Shown piece by piece: positions 1 through 12,900 of a DNA stretch of 64,000 bases. The first letter of the stretch is position 1. The number at the start of each line of letters is the position of its first letter. The stretch comes from Hormiphora californensis. Its lineage: Eukaryota; Animalia; Ctenophora. The stretch is taken from assembly GCA_020137815.1 (NCBI GenBank), contig CM035356.1, forward strand, positions 2,356,001-2,420,000, in the 5' to 3' direction. The translations under genes were made by a program, and so were the position numbers. A model generated the notes under the pieces. That model saw nothing but the letters and a program-made list of their open reading frames with translations. It did no database searches and was not told the origin of the DNA.

Positions 1-749
1 AAATTTGAAAAAAATTTGGCGCCAATTGGCGACGTTTGGCGCCAAATGGCGACGTTAGGCGCCAAATGGCGACAAATGGCGCCATATGGCGACAATCGTT
101 TGACAAACATTTGTCGCCATATGGCGCCAAATGGCGACAAACGGCGCCATTTGGCGAATTAATCGCCAGTTGGCGCCACGTGGCGCAGAACGGCGAGTGT
201 CCTACTTTGAAAACCAATAAAAATATTATTGATACATCGACAATTTGCGCCAAATGGCGATGTTTGGCGATGAGTATCGCCAAGTGGCGCCAAACGGCGC
301 CATATGGCGAAAAATTCGCCGAATGGCGCCATTTGGCGGCACTTTGTGACGATTGGCGCCAAACGGCGCCATTTGGCGACGAATGGCGCCAGATGTCGCC
401 AAACGGCGCCATTTGGCGACTTGATCTCCTGATCACTTAATGGCGCCAAATGGCGCCATTTGGCGATAACAATTTTGCGCATGTTTTTTTTCAGACTTTG
501 TACCATCGCCACGTGGCGATACCGCCAAGAGTCGCCAATATTTGGCGAATGGCGATCGCCACTGGCGCCACGTGGCGCCGCGTGGCGCCACGTGGCGCCA
601 CATGTGGCGCCAAATGTGGCGCCAAATTTTGGCGCCAAATGGCGCCATTTATTCGCCACGTGGCGCCATTTGGCGAATTTGATGGCGCCATTTGGCGCCA
701 TATGGCGCCATTTGGCGCGCACGACCTAATCTTTCATACTACCCTATAA
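1..749. mobile_element. GGCGCC-array element (MITE/satellite-like), left end outside the window
   Basis: Dense, irregular array of palindromic TGGCGCCA / ATTTGGCGCCAAAT and TGGCGA variants at 1-720. It ends ...TACTACCCTA-TA and joins ACCTGCGTCA; other copies of this locus read GCTT-TA-ACCTG with no array. Confidence 0.7.
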
Positions 750-2690
750 CCTGCGTCATTTGAGAGTTTGAATTGACGCACACAGAATTGTAACTTGTCA
801 TATCATCATAGTAGGAGTACTACAAAGACCCTATAGACAGTACCTGAAGCTTTGTTTCCCATGTTGCAATGGTGAAGTTGCACTGCAGAGCCTTTCGTGA
901 TCAGTCTCCCTTCCCCGATAATTTATAATAGGTCCTCCATCATTCTCCTTTTATGGCTCTATATCATTCTCATATTGTTCAGTGTTCACTGAATACTGTT
1001 CAGTGTACTGCATGTCTTAGACCTTGGTGTACTGAGAAGGAGCATTATACCATGCTGATTATGCACATGAGATGGACGGGAGAGAAGAGAGAGTTGTCTC
1101 CCCGTCCCTCACTAATGATCCCTTTAGCTGTACTTGGTTTGTATTATCCTTGTTAAACGTTTGAACCCCCTCCTTTGCCTGATATAACTGCATAGTAGTA
1201 GCTCACCACCCACCCAGTTATGAATGAAACATTGGATTTGGATTGGACTGGTAATGGTACCTCCCACTATCTCTTCAACGCTCAGCTGTGTCCCCTAATG
1301 AGACTATCCGAGAGGAATAGTAGCACTGGGTTAAATGTGGCGTGGGGCATCATCTTCTTGATCCTTGGAATAGGTACAAGGCACATGGGGGATGTTTTGA
1401 TGCCTTCCTCGTTCAATAAACTTGCTCCTTTGCTCCTTTCTCGGACCATTTATAGAACTGAGCGAGAGGAAGGTTCTATACGAATCCTAACCACCCTTAC
1501 ACTTTACAGGTGGTATAGCGTTGAACATTGCAACGTTACGAGGGATCTACAGTACCGCAACACACACCAGAGACTCCTTTAGATCGGTAAAACACACTAT
1601 AGTGCACTAAATCATAGATAGAGACTCATTCAGATTCGATCGGTAACCAATCTGCTTTTTTTAACTTGAGAAGCATAATCCAAAATGAAGTTTCCAGCAA
1701 GTTATTAACAACTAAAACATTATATATCGATGTCTAATTGTACCCAAATTCCTACAACACTGTACCAGCTTCCCCAGGCTGTCTACATGAATGTTTCCAT
1801 ACTAGACATCCTACAGGGAGTGTGTTCCCTCTACAGTGGATCTATCCTCCTATCTAACTTCACGTGGAACGAGAGTGACGGGGGAGGTAAGAAAACGAGG
1901 GGGTAGGTGGGGAGTAGTAGAGGGGTAAGAGGGGCTGGGGACCTGGGGTGAAGTAGGAATACAATAAACTGGATGTGGGCATGATATTATACTAGATTAT
2001 GATGCACCTTTGTAGAGCTAAATAACACACATACCTGTTTTGTTTAGTCTCCACTGGTCCAAGGGTACTGGGTCTTGGTGTTTTGGGTTCTTGTCGTGCC
2101 ACCTTCTTGGGGGAGCACCTGAAATAGATCGCATTAATTAGCTGAAATGATCATAGTTGAAACCTATACAACAGACAAATTGACTGATGAGACGGCAAAT
2201 GTATACACAATTCAGATAAAGCCGTTACTTTTGATTTCCCTATCTCATTCCCTCTATCGTCAGGTACATTTGTGGCCAACACCCTGGGCATGTTGTTTAT
2301 CGTGTCCGTGCAAACCAAGATCACCCTGATAGCGGTTGCCATGGCGGTGACCGTGGGAAATACAGTGTTCAGTTACAGTCCGACAGGGAGGGAGACTCTG
2401 GTGACGAGTAGAGTGGTTCTGGGAGTTAGTTGGGCTGCCGGAGCTCTACAGGCCATCTTACCATTCATGTGAGTGGTGTTTTAGATTAGAGAATTTAATG
2501 ATTTGATTGCACTGGTGTAACCACGCTTAGGAACGTTAGCGTGATTGTTGTGTAACCATGGTAACCAAACCAAGCAACTATGATTGTGTTGTAACCATGG
2601 TAACCAATGCAGGTACAGTACGAGATACAGGCATCCTGATTACCTACTAATGAGCGTCGCCGACTTCTCAACCTCTCCCACCCCACGTAA
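750..2690 (+). CDS. Class-A (rhodopsin-like) GPCR-like gene, partial copy A, multi-exon with indels
   Basis: Exon translations give a TM1-like segment (GLNVAWGIIFLILG), a TM2-like segment (LYMNVSILDILQGVCSLY) and TM3-4-like segments (ANTLGMLFIVSVQTKITLIAVAM...VVLGVSWAAGALQAILPF). GT-AG boundaries are present. Confidence 0.5.
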
Positions 2691-2703
2691 GTAGAGAGGA
2701 AGA

Positions 2704-2708
<5 letters not shown>

Positions 2709-2778
<70 letters not shown>
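2709..2778. repeat. (GA)n microsatellite
   Basis: Perfect GA run inside an intron. Confidence 0.95.
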
Positions 2779-2781
<3 letters not shown>

Positions 2782-2934
2782 GTATTTATCGAGTGACTGC
2801 GTTGGATCCTCCTCTACTCTCAGATCATATAGATCTATTAATCTCTATGTGGGACACGCTACCATCTCTCGTTTGGCTACGGAAAGTGAAAAATTTCCCC
2901 CACCAACCCCCCTCCAGTTCACTTTCCACCACAG

Positions 2935-3034
2935 NNNNNNNNNNNNNNNNNNNNNNNNNNNNNNNNNNNNNNNNNNNNNNNNNNNNNNNNNNNNNNNNNN
3001 NNNNNNNNNNNNNNNNNNNNNNNNNNNNNNNNNN
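2935..3034. other. Scaffold gap, 100 N
   Basis: Run of exactly 100 N. Confidence 1.
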
Positions 3035-4629
3035 ATCCCCCTTTTCTCTCCAACACTCTTAATATTCATAGGTAGCTTGTAAAACTGGTCGGTCGCTATT
3101 AGGACAGGCCCTCATTTCGTTCGTTTTAATTGTACTGATATGCATTGTGTAATGAGTTATCAGATTCTCTCATTTCTGGCATCTCTATCAGATTCATTTT
3201 AGTGGAAAAAGCCTTGGTTATGTTTATCATACAGTGATTATATATTGATTTCCCCAAACCACCTGAGATTATTCAAAGTATAAAATCATCAAATATCTCT
3301 CCTTGATATTATCCTCTTTCCTTGATATCTGGTTCAATTGCAGCTCGTCAATAATTCTCTACCATCGAAAACACACAAATGTTGAATCTTTGCATGTTAT
3401 GAGGTGCAGCAACGCAGCAACATGTGGCTCGAGTCGTATGCCTGCACTGTATGTGTGAATGAGAGAGCAGACTGAGGAGGAGAGAAGAGAGAGAGAGAGA
3501 GAGAGAGGAGAGAGGGGACAAGGAATGAGAGGAGAGGAGAGTGTGTCTATGACGAGGCTGGCTGAGAGGGATTGACAACATAATTGGAGGGGTCACGCAT
3601 GATCCGCTAGTATAGAGAATGATAGAGAGAGAGGAAGAGAGATGCGAAGGGTGCAATGAGAGAGGCTTCAGACAGGGAGGACGAAGCCACTAGAGAGTAG
3701 TCAAGATTGGTAGGAGCCGATGATCGGAGATGCGGAGAATGGTAGAGTAGTGGAGAGAGATGAGCGAGATTCGGGGGGGGACTCTGGAGGTAGAGGGCGA
3801 AGTAGAGGAGGGCCGAAGAGGAGGTGAAGAGAGGAAGAGAATAAGAGAGAAAGAGATATGGGAGAGGGGGAGAAAGAGAAGAGGGACAGGAGAAAGTGAA
3901 AGAAGAAGAGAGAGGGGGGGGAAAAGAATATTAAATTGTCCTTTCAACTTCAAATGCGCCGAAATGACAATGATGCTTCTGAACTTTTGGTGTTGTTGTT
4001 TTCTCTTTGGTCTGAAACATTAAAAATTTTCTTTCAGCCTCCCCTACCCATCTTAGAAATTCTCGCAATAAATACTTACTATGAATGGTTCGGGGGGCGT
4101 GGAGGATTTTTTTTAAAGTCTTTTGGTTTTTTTTCACCCCCCAAAATTTTTTTGACCCTTGTCGTGATGCATTGCTAAAATTTTATAGACATTTATCAAT
4201 TTGGACGCACAACACCACAACAGTTAACATTCTGTGAGGTAGACGGGAAAAAAACTAAAAAAACATTTTCGCGCAGCCGCCCACGAAAAAGGGGCCGGTT
4301 GCAACTTCAAAAATAACCGGCTGGCCTTTTCGGCCGGCTGGCCTTGGCATTCACGGGGCATTCTTCTGGCTTCAGTCGCTTCAGCTTCCGTTCATCATTG
4401 ATAACATAAATTAAAACCTCCGACCCTTCTAGATTTTTCCTCCCTCCCTCTTCACTCTCTCGATCTCTATTCTCTCTCTCTGTCCTAAACTGCCCGGCCT
4501 TGATGAGTGGGATTGTCAGTGGCCACGTGCCTTATAAAATGATGTGTAATGTGTGTCTTTACTCAGCAGTGCCACTCCTCCCATTGCTGTGTAGTACAGG
4601 ATGTAGTTCTGCGATCGATTAACAACCCA

Positions 4630-7600
4630 TAGTTATAGAATCACATACTTCTCCTATACTACTCCCCTACCATCCATCTATTCTTTAATATTTGTCGGAT
4701 CTTATCTGATGATATGCTCTCCCCCACCGTCGCTTTAACCTGGTCATTTGAGAGTTTGAATGAGCACACAGAACCAATTGTAAATGTTTCATTTATCATA
4801 GTACTAGGAGTACTACAAAGCCCTATACCCACAGTACCTGAAGCTTGTTTTCCCATTTAAATGTTGCAATGGTGAAGTTGCACTCTCTTAGTTGCAGAGA
4901 AAGAGCCCCTCTTCCCTTTCTGCTGAACCGTGATTGATCAGTCTCCCTTCCCCGATAATTTATTATAATAGGTCCTACATCATCTCCTTCTATGGCTTCT
5001 CTATATCCATTCTCATATTGTTCAGTGTTCACTGACTGAATAATGTTCAGTTGTTATAACTGCATGTTCTTCAGACCTTGGTGTGTTGTGTTTTGTGTTT
5101 TGTACTGAGAAGGAGCATTGTGAAAAGAAGGAGAAGCATAAGGAAAGAAGGAAAGGAGCGCTTACTGGAGGAAGGAGCATTAAGCAAGCAAGCATCAAGC
5201 AATTAAGGAGCATTATACCATGCGGATGATGCACATGAGATGGACGGGAGAGAAGATGAGAGTGTCTCCCGTCCCTCACTAATGATCCTTTAGCTGATAA
5301 TTGCGTTGTATTATCCTTGAAACGTTTGTTTGAACCCCCCTCTCCTTTGCCTGATATAACTGCATAGCTAGTAGTAGTAGTAGTAGCTCAACCACCCACC
5401 CAGTTATTAATGAACATTCGGATTTGGATCTGTGGATGGGCAATGTGAACGCTTACCTCCCACTATCTCTTTCAACGCACAGAGCTGTGTCCCCTATGAG
5501 GGATCCGAGGAGGAATAGTTAGAGCCTGGGGTTTTAAATTTGTGGCGTGGGGCCATCATTCTTCATGATCCTTGGAATAGGTACGAGGACATGGGATGTT
5601 TTGTGCTTCCTCGTTCATAAAAACTTGCTCCTTTGCTCCTTTCTCGGATCATTTATAGAACTGCGCGAGAGGGAAGGTTCTATTAGAACCAACACCCGTA
5701 TCACTGCTAAGGGGGGTAGCGTTGAACATCTGCAACGTTACGAGGGTATATCTAACAGTACCGCATACCACAAAACCAGAGACTCCTTAGTCGCGTAAAA
5801 CACACTATAGTGCACTTAAATCATAGAAGAGGAAATCATTCAGATTCGATGGTTAACCATCTGCTTTTTTTAACTGAGAAGCATAATCCAAAAGAAGTTC
5901 TCCAGCAAGTTATTAACAACTAAAACATATATATCGATGGGTCTAATTGTACCCCAAATTCCTTACAAACATGTACAAGCTTCCCCAGCGTCTACATGAA
6001 TGTTTCAATACTAGACATCCTACAGGGAGTGTGTCCCTCTACAGTGGATCTATTCTCCTATCTAACTTCACGTGGAACGAGGAGTGACGGGGCGAGGTAA
6101 GAAAAACGAGGGGGTAGGGTTCGGGAGTAGAGGTAAGAGGGGTAAGAGGGGCTGGCGGACCTGGGGTGAAGTAGAATATCAATAAAAACTGGATGTGGGC
6201 ATGATATTATACTAGATATGATGCACCTTGCTAGAGCTAAATAACACACATACCTGTTTTGTTTAGTATCCACTGTCCAAGGGTAAATGGGGTCTTGGTG
6301 TTTTGGCGTTCTTGTAGTGCCACCTTCTTGGGGAGCACCTGAAATCGATCGCATTAATTAGCTGAAATGATCATAGTTGACACCTATACAAAACAGACAA
6401 ATTGACCTGATGAGGACGGTCAATGTATTACACAATCAGATAAAGACGTTACATTTATGATTTCCCTATCTCATTCCTCTATCGTCAGGTACATTTGTGG
6501 CCAACACCCGGGCATGTGTTATCGTGTCCGTGCAACCAAGAATCACCCTGATAGCGGTTGCCATGGCGGTGGACCGTGGGGGAAATTACAGTGTTCAGTA
6601 CAGTCCGACAGGGAGGGAGACTCTGCGTACCGAGTAGATTTTTGGTTTTTTTTTTTTTTTTTTTTCTGGGAGTTAGTTGGGCTGCCGGAGCTCTACAGGC
6701 CATCTTACCATTAATGTGAGTGGTGTTTAGTATTAAGAGAATTTAATGATTTGATTGCACTGGGGTAACCCACGCTTAGGACGTTAGCGTGATTGTTGTG
6801 TAACATGGTAACCAACCAGCAACCTAGATTGTGTTGTAACCATGGTAACCAATGCAGGTACAGTACGAGATACAGGCATTCCTGATTACCTACTAGATGA
6901 GCGTCGCCGACTTCTCAACCTCTCCCACCCCCGAAGTAGAGAGGAAGAGGGGGAAAAGAAAAAAGAGAGATTGAGAGAGATCGAGAAGAAGAGGAGACGA
7001 AGATGAGCGGAGATGACTAGACGAGGAGAGAGAGAGGGATAAGAGAGAGAGACGGAGAGAGAGAGGGAGGAGGTGAGACCGTGATATGAGTTACGGAAGA
7101 GAGGATTGATGGTGAGAGGAGGGCGAGCTGGAGAGAGGGGAAGAGAGGGTATGGAGAGCCGAGAGGGGGGGAGAGACGGCGAGAGGCGAGGACGGGGAGC
7201 GGAAGACCGAGAGAGAGGAGGGAGAGAGCCCAGGGAAAGCGAGTTTGTGTGTTGGTTGGTGGAAGAGGGGAGAGAGGAGAGTGAGGAGAGAGGCGAGAGG
7301 TAGGGAAGGAGAAGGCGGATGAGAGGGGTGGCTGAAGAGAGTGAGGGTGGAGGGGAGAGGAGCGAGAGCAGACGGAGAGAGGATGAGAGGATCAGGCGAG
7401 AGACGGAGAGGGAGGGAGAGTCGAGGAGAAAAAAGGGAAGAGAACGAGGCGAAGAAGTATGATAAGGTGTCGAGGGCGAGGAGCTGGAGAGAGTGCGAGG
7501 AGGATGAAATAGAGAGGGAGAGAGGGGCCGGAGAGAGAGAGGAAGAGGATGGAGGAGAGAACCCATGAGAGAGGAGGAGGAAGGAGAACGAGGGAGAGAG

Positions 7601-7961
7601 CGATATTGAGCGACGGTCTTGAGGAGAGGAGTCCGAGAGGGTGGGGAGAGAGACGAGAAGGAGAAGAGGAAGAGAGAGAGGTAGGATCGATATTGGAGGG
7701 TAAGAGAGAGGAGAGCGAGGCGAGGAGATGGGAGAGAGGGAGGATAGGAGAGAAGAGAGGAGGACACTGACGAGTGACGAGGGGTGCGGAGAGGAGAGAG
7801 AGGAGAGGGAGAGAAGAGGAGAGGAGAGATGGAAGATGGGGGGAGATGAGACGAGGGGAATAGATCGAGATGATGAGTCCATGCACGGAGAGGGAAGAGA
7901 GGGACTGAGGGATGAGAGAGAGAGGAGATGGAGAGGAGAGAGAGGAGAAGGAGTGAGAGAT

Positions 7962-7992
<31 letters not shown>

Positions 7993-8080
7993 CGTGAAGA
8001 GAGAGAGAGGGAGGGGGGGGAGAGAGAGAAGAGAGAGAGAGATAGATAGAGAGAAGAGAGAGAGAGAGGAGAGAGAGAGA

Positions 8081-8120
<40 letters not shown>

Positions 8121-9950
8121 TACTACCCCATATAACTTCATCGTTTACAGAAGACTACTACACAGCACACGTGACTCTACTATTCATCCCCCTGGTCACA
8201 TCCCTCGTTCTCTGCTGCTTCACTGTGCCGGGTCTCATTGCAGCGGACAATACCATGAAGGTAACCAGGCAGATTCAATAGATAGATTCAACAGAGTAAT
8301 AGCCAATTAAACATAACTTTTTTGGAATTGGGATTGGGAAATAGCAAACTAATCTTCTGTGCCTAGCCTTTCTCGAACCCTGTCTCATCGTACCTTCCGG
8401 GTACAAAGGATGGGTTACAAATCGTCCGTCTATGATATCGAATGCCCCCCCCCCCTAATTACAGTGTTCTAAATGGTGCCGTGATGAGATGTGGGTTGTT
8501 ATCCAACCATTCTATCTGTGCCTACTCATCATTGCACTCTGTGTTCTTCCTGTCCATTTTGCTGGAGTGTGGCCTCCTGGGACGGGTACCATGTTATTGA
8601 AGCTTCTGTGATCGACAACTCCGGATCTCCGACTACCTCTTTGGTTTTGTCTTCTTTTCTTGTTTACATATCGGTAGTTGGTGTTATGTATGGATTACTA
8701 ATATAGATGATGGATTTCTCAACTGACAAGTACCAATACCATAATCAGTACCGGTACTGTTTGTATACCGTTTTCATGAACAGTGAATCTGAAAGAACCC
8801 TAATTATTTGCAGGTATTGCGGAGCCCTCACTATCTGACTTGCAAACTTAGTATGAGGGGAAGATAGGAACGAGTTTCTCAGCAATAGATCAGCACACGA
8901 AGGAGATTGGGAAGAACAGGGTTACCCCAGCACCCGTCCTAGTGTACGGTGAGGCAACCCCCCCAAATCAGTGAGGTCTAGTAGCCTTGCATTTTTAGTG
9001 AATGAAAATCGTTAGAGGTCTACATTGCATGGCTATTAATTGAATGAGGAATGAGTTGCATGGAACCTTTGAATGCAGTAATTACAGTGCATGAAACATA
9101 TCGAATGTGCACAGTGATCTCTACAGTTCTATAAATGATATGGAACCATGCCCATTACACAGGATTAGTCTGGATTGAAGATGGGGACAAGATAGGGACA
9201 GGAACACTTCAGCTGCAATAGACCGATAAATGCTATAAATCTTTAAAATGAAGACAATATTACAACTGCTAACTACATGTTTTGTGAACCTATATCTATG
9301 CTATCTGAGATTACCGTTATATTTGCTATTTTGCTACATCATTTCAATAATAACTTACGTGTTTTCCTTTTCTCGGAGAGAGACCTAACGATAAGCTGCT
9401 GACAGGCGTGTGGCTTGGGAGTTCGGCTTAACATTGCTGCTAAAATAGATTCAAATTTTTTTTTTTTGAGGGAATAAATCACCATGTCAGGGAAGTTGGG
9501 AAAAAAGTTTGGGGAATAAGTAGGGGTGGTAGATCAAATAAAACAATCAATATTTACAAACTTAGGACTCTGCAAAATAATAAACTTTACTGTATACACA
9601 TATTTCAAAAGGGAAACGTAAAACCACACGCGGTTTTAAACCGGCACACCGCTTGGGCACACTCTGCCTGTGCCAAGTCACCACCGTTGAACCAGGTCCA
9701 GATTTTCGAGACCCCGGAAAAATTACCGCGCGCCTCACCTCTGAGAACGCCGTCTTTGGAGCGCACGACCTTCAACATGACTGACCTCGCGCGTTACAAC
9801 ATAAACAGATCTGAAAAGTGTGCCAAATGTCCCACACAGCACCGGCTGATGCACTCTTCAAGAGGGACCGTTAGACCAGTAGCCGGGGAAGGGGGTGTGA
9901 CTCCCCTCACTGAAGCCGTCTCCTCTGTCACCATGAGTGCAATTGTTAGG
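4630..9950 (+). CDS. GPCR-like gene, copy B (left arm, noisy)
   Basis: Same exons as copy A plus further hydrophobic exons (SLVLSSFLVYISVVGVMYGLLI; MKTILQLLTTCFVNLYLCY). Many indels; both ends approximate. Confidence 0.45.
6940..8120. repeat. Degenerate purine-rich (GA) tract
   Basis: About 1.2 kb of noisy GA here versus about 0.2 kb of TC at the mirrored position 31920-32140. Probably a base-calling expansion. Confidence 0.8.
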
Positions 9951-12900
9951 AGATGGCTATCTACATCAAATTGTGCCCCACACTCCATGGGGATTACATT
10001 GTATGGTAGTTCAACCTCTAGGAAATACAGGGCAGGATGGGCGTGTAGTATCAACCGGTCCTCACCTGGGAGAGGGAGAAAGACGAGTGGGAACTGGGAG
10101 CAGAAGTGTGTTTGTTTGGCTGCGATACAAAACATCAATTTAAAAAGGTATAAATAATTTCAAACGCTCCAAGGGACAAGGAGTATAACTCTCAACAACC
10201 AAGTAACGTGGTTGAACTTGGTATTTCCTCTTATTATTATCCCTAGGTCTATCTGGAGCAGTTGTAGTGCTTGTTTTGAGAAGTTGGATGAAAAGGAGGA
10301 GGACTTACCAACGTCAAGTGTTAATTTAGCAGAACTCTGAACACCAGGCAGCCACACTTCCAAAATTAGGTAGCTCGGCTTCCCTTCCATAGGTTCCTGG
10401 TAAGTGGTAAAAGCCGAAACAATTAACAACATAATTGTATTTAAAAAATCTGATCTTTCCCAAAACGTTATATTCTATGTTCCTATCCTATCAAAATACC
10501 CCCTATCTATACCTCGCAATTAAGGTCATCAGTGTTTAGGGCGTGGGCGGTTGGGTGGGTCCTCGCACCTTCCACCTCTTTTAGTATGCTGGCGTGTGTG
10601 TCTTGACCTCCTGAATCACTGGTTTCCTGTGAGTCCTAATGTTATGTGGTTTAATCCGGCCGACATGGGATCTGTTCTTCAAAAGGGTCAGTTCCAGTCA
10701 GCTCACTGAGAACGAGTAAGAGAGAGGTCAATCACCTAGGAGGGTTGGTGGGATGTGGTGATTTATTTTGTCCAAATAAAGTGGGAGGCGGCGATGTAGA
10801 TACGGCTACAATTTGAAAATACAGATATATAACTAGTCTGTTGTGTGTTCTGAGAACTTGTGGTTGGCTGGGTCGAATCAAATACTTCGTGGACACACGC
10901 TGTAGAGCAGGAGGATCGAGGGTCACTGAGGACAATTCAATGCTATAAACACGAATATTTGCATTATGTATCCATAATCGCTACGTTTCCCTGCCCTCTG
11001 CTGATTTGCCATTCAACTCGCCCAAACGAGTAGAGCTGTCGCAAAATGGGAATTTGGTTTTTCGAATTTTTTGAACAAAACGCGAACAGATTTTTCAATT
11101 CTCCAATTTTCACGAATCAAAACGTGCGCTGCCGAATAATAAACAAATTTTGTCGCACGTTTAACAGTTTATAAGCCGCGCCCCCTCATAAATTCAATGT
11201 TTTGTGCACGCGCATGTTACTCTAACGTCGAGTGTGAGATCGTGCGCGCCGCGAGGGTTGCCCGTCGCAACGAAAGTGTGACCAAAATGTCCCTACTACC
11301 GGTTAGTTAGTATAAAAATAAATAAGACTATTCTTTTCCGAATTCTCACCCTGCTATCCTTTTTACAAAGTAAAAAGCATCCGGGTGATATGCCTTCGGC
11401 ATTCACCCGGTCATGGAAAAAATAACATTTTTTTTTATAAGACAAGCTTTATACCTACTCTCGTTTTTTAAGAAAACGCCTTTAGTAAGAAACGTTTTTT
11501 ATAGAAAACTTTCAAATGTTAATCACACAAATCAGAGGACACCACAAGAACAGAATTCTCTTTTGTTTTTGGATGCTTAACAACCTGTAGTTTCCTAGAA
11601 AAAAACAAGTTTCCTTATTTAAAAGTTTCTGTAAATAATGCTGAGATTAATTAAACGATAGTAAGGTTAAGCTGTTGAGTGAGCTGTAAAATTGTTTCCA
11701 TCTTGTGTCTCGTTTCTTCTGCAATAGCATAAACTTTATACATCAAAGCAGTTGTTTAGGCCGAGTCTTCTTGGTCCACTGTCTTTACTATCTTCACCCC
11801 CCATAAGCAAACAGATTTTGGCAAGACAGGCGGACCCCGATTGGAGGACACCCTCGGGGGAAAGGGTCTTGTCCGCAAATTCGAGGTGCCACTAATCGGG
11901 GTGAGCCATATTTGACCCAAGAAAACCTATCTATGCCCAAAATGCTATATTGATGACTAAACAGACACTCTAAACTGTTATAATAAGCATTACATGGTAT
12001 TGATGACATGATCATTTCTGATTAGAAAAGAAAAATATAAATAACTTATTTTCAAAAAAATGGGAAAATTTTTCTAAGTCATACCAGTCCGTCCCGGTTT
12101 GTATTTCGAATCGGTGCAAACTTACCTGGTATGCCTGTCTAAATTCGCGGGTTAAAACGAAACCGATACGTGATCCATACCGAATCGGGGGGACCCTAAG
12201 TCGTGCCCGGGTGAGGAGTATACAAGTTTCAAAAAACTTTTTCTCTAAAATTTAGGGTTAGCACCGATCAAAAGCATTGGACAATCGTAACTGTAAAATT
12301 TTTGCAAAAAAGTTATAAAATTTTTTTAAAGGTATACAGCCACGTCCGAAATCGTGTTTTCGAACGGTGCTTTTATCGCATGTCTGCTGATCTTATTAGA
12401 CGAACGAATCGAAACGTGTCCCCATCGGAATCGAAATTTTGACGCTTGGACTTGGTGAACTTGTGATTCGATGGGCACCATGGGATCAACGTATCGTTCG
12501 TTTCCGAACCGTCTAATTAGCAGAATGACTTGCGATAGATTGCACCGATTCGAAACACGATTCGGACATGAGCTGAAATTCTTTTTGAAAAATTCACAAA
12601 AAATTTGCACACAAAAAATTCTCTTTCCCAACAAAATTCTAAAATTTTTGGGGAAAAAAATCCTGTCCAAATCGGGGTGTCCCTAAATCGGGGGTCCCTA
12701 AATCGGGGTCCGACTGTAGCTGAAGCTGACTGTTTCTCGTGCACTGGGAGTGGTCATTACGTGAAGTTTTGACATGTGCAGTTGTTTACGTGGCCATTTT
12801 TAGCATTTTCATTCAGACCAGACTGTCCCGTCCCCACAGGTCTAAGTGGCCCCCTTATACCCTATATGGGGAGTTTTAGAAACGGCTGAAGACGCTGGAT

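Noticed and set aside
1-720. CRISPR-like repeat-spacer array
   Set aside because: No constant repeat length or unique spacers, no cas genes, eukaryotic context.
36-749. Six overlapping ORFs rich in WRH/MAPFG
   Set aside because: By-product of the stop-poor palindromic TGGCGCCA array; no protein family signal.
6886-8141. Long Ser/Leu or Glu/Arg ORFs
   Set aside because: Translations of noisy GA/TC microsatellite; the same applies at 3.4-3.9, 31.9, 34.6, 39.9, 57.5 and 58.3 kb.
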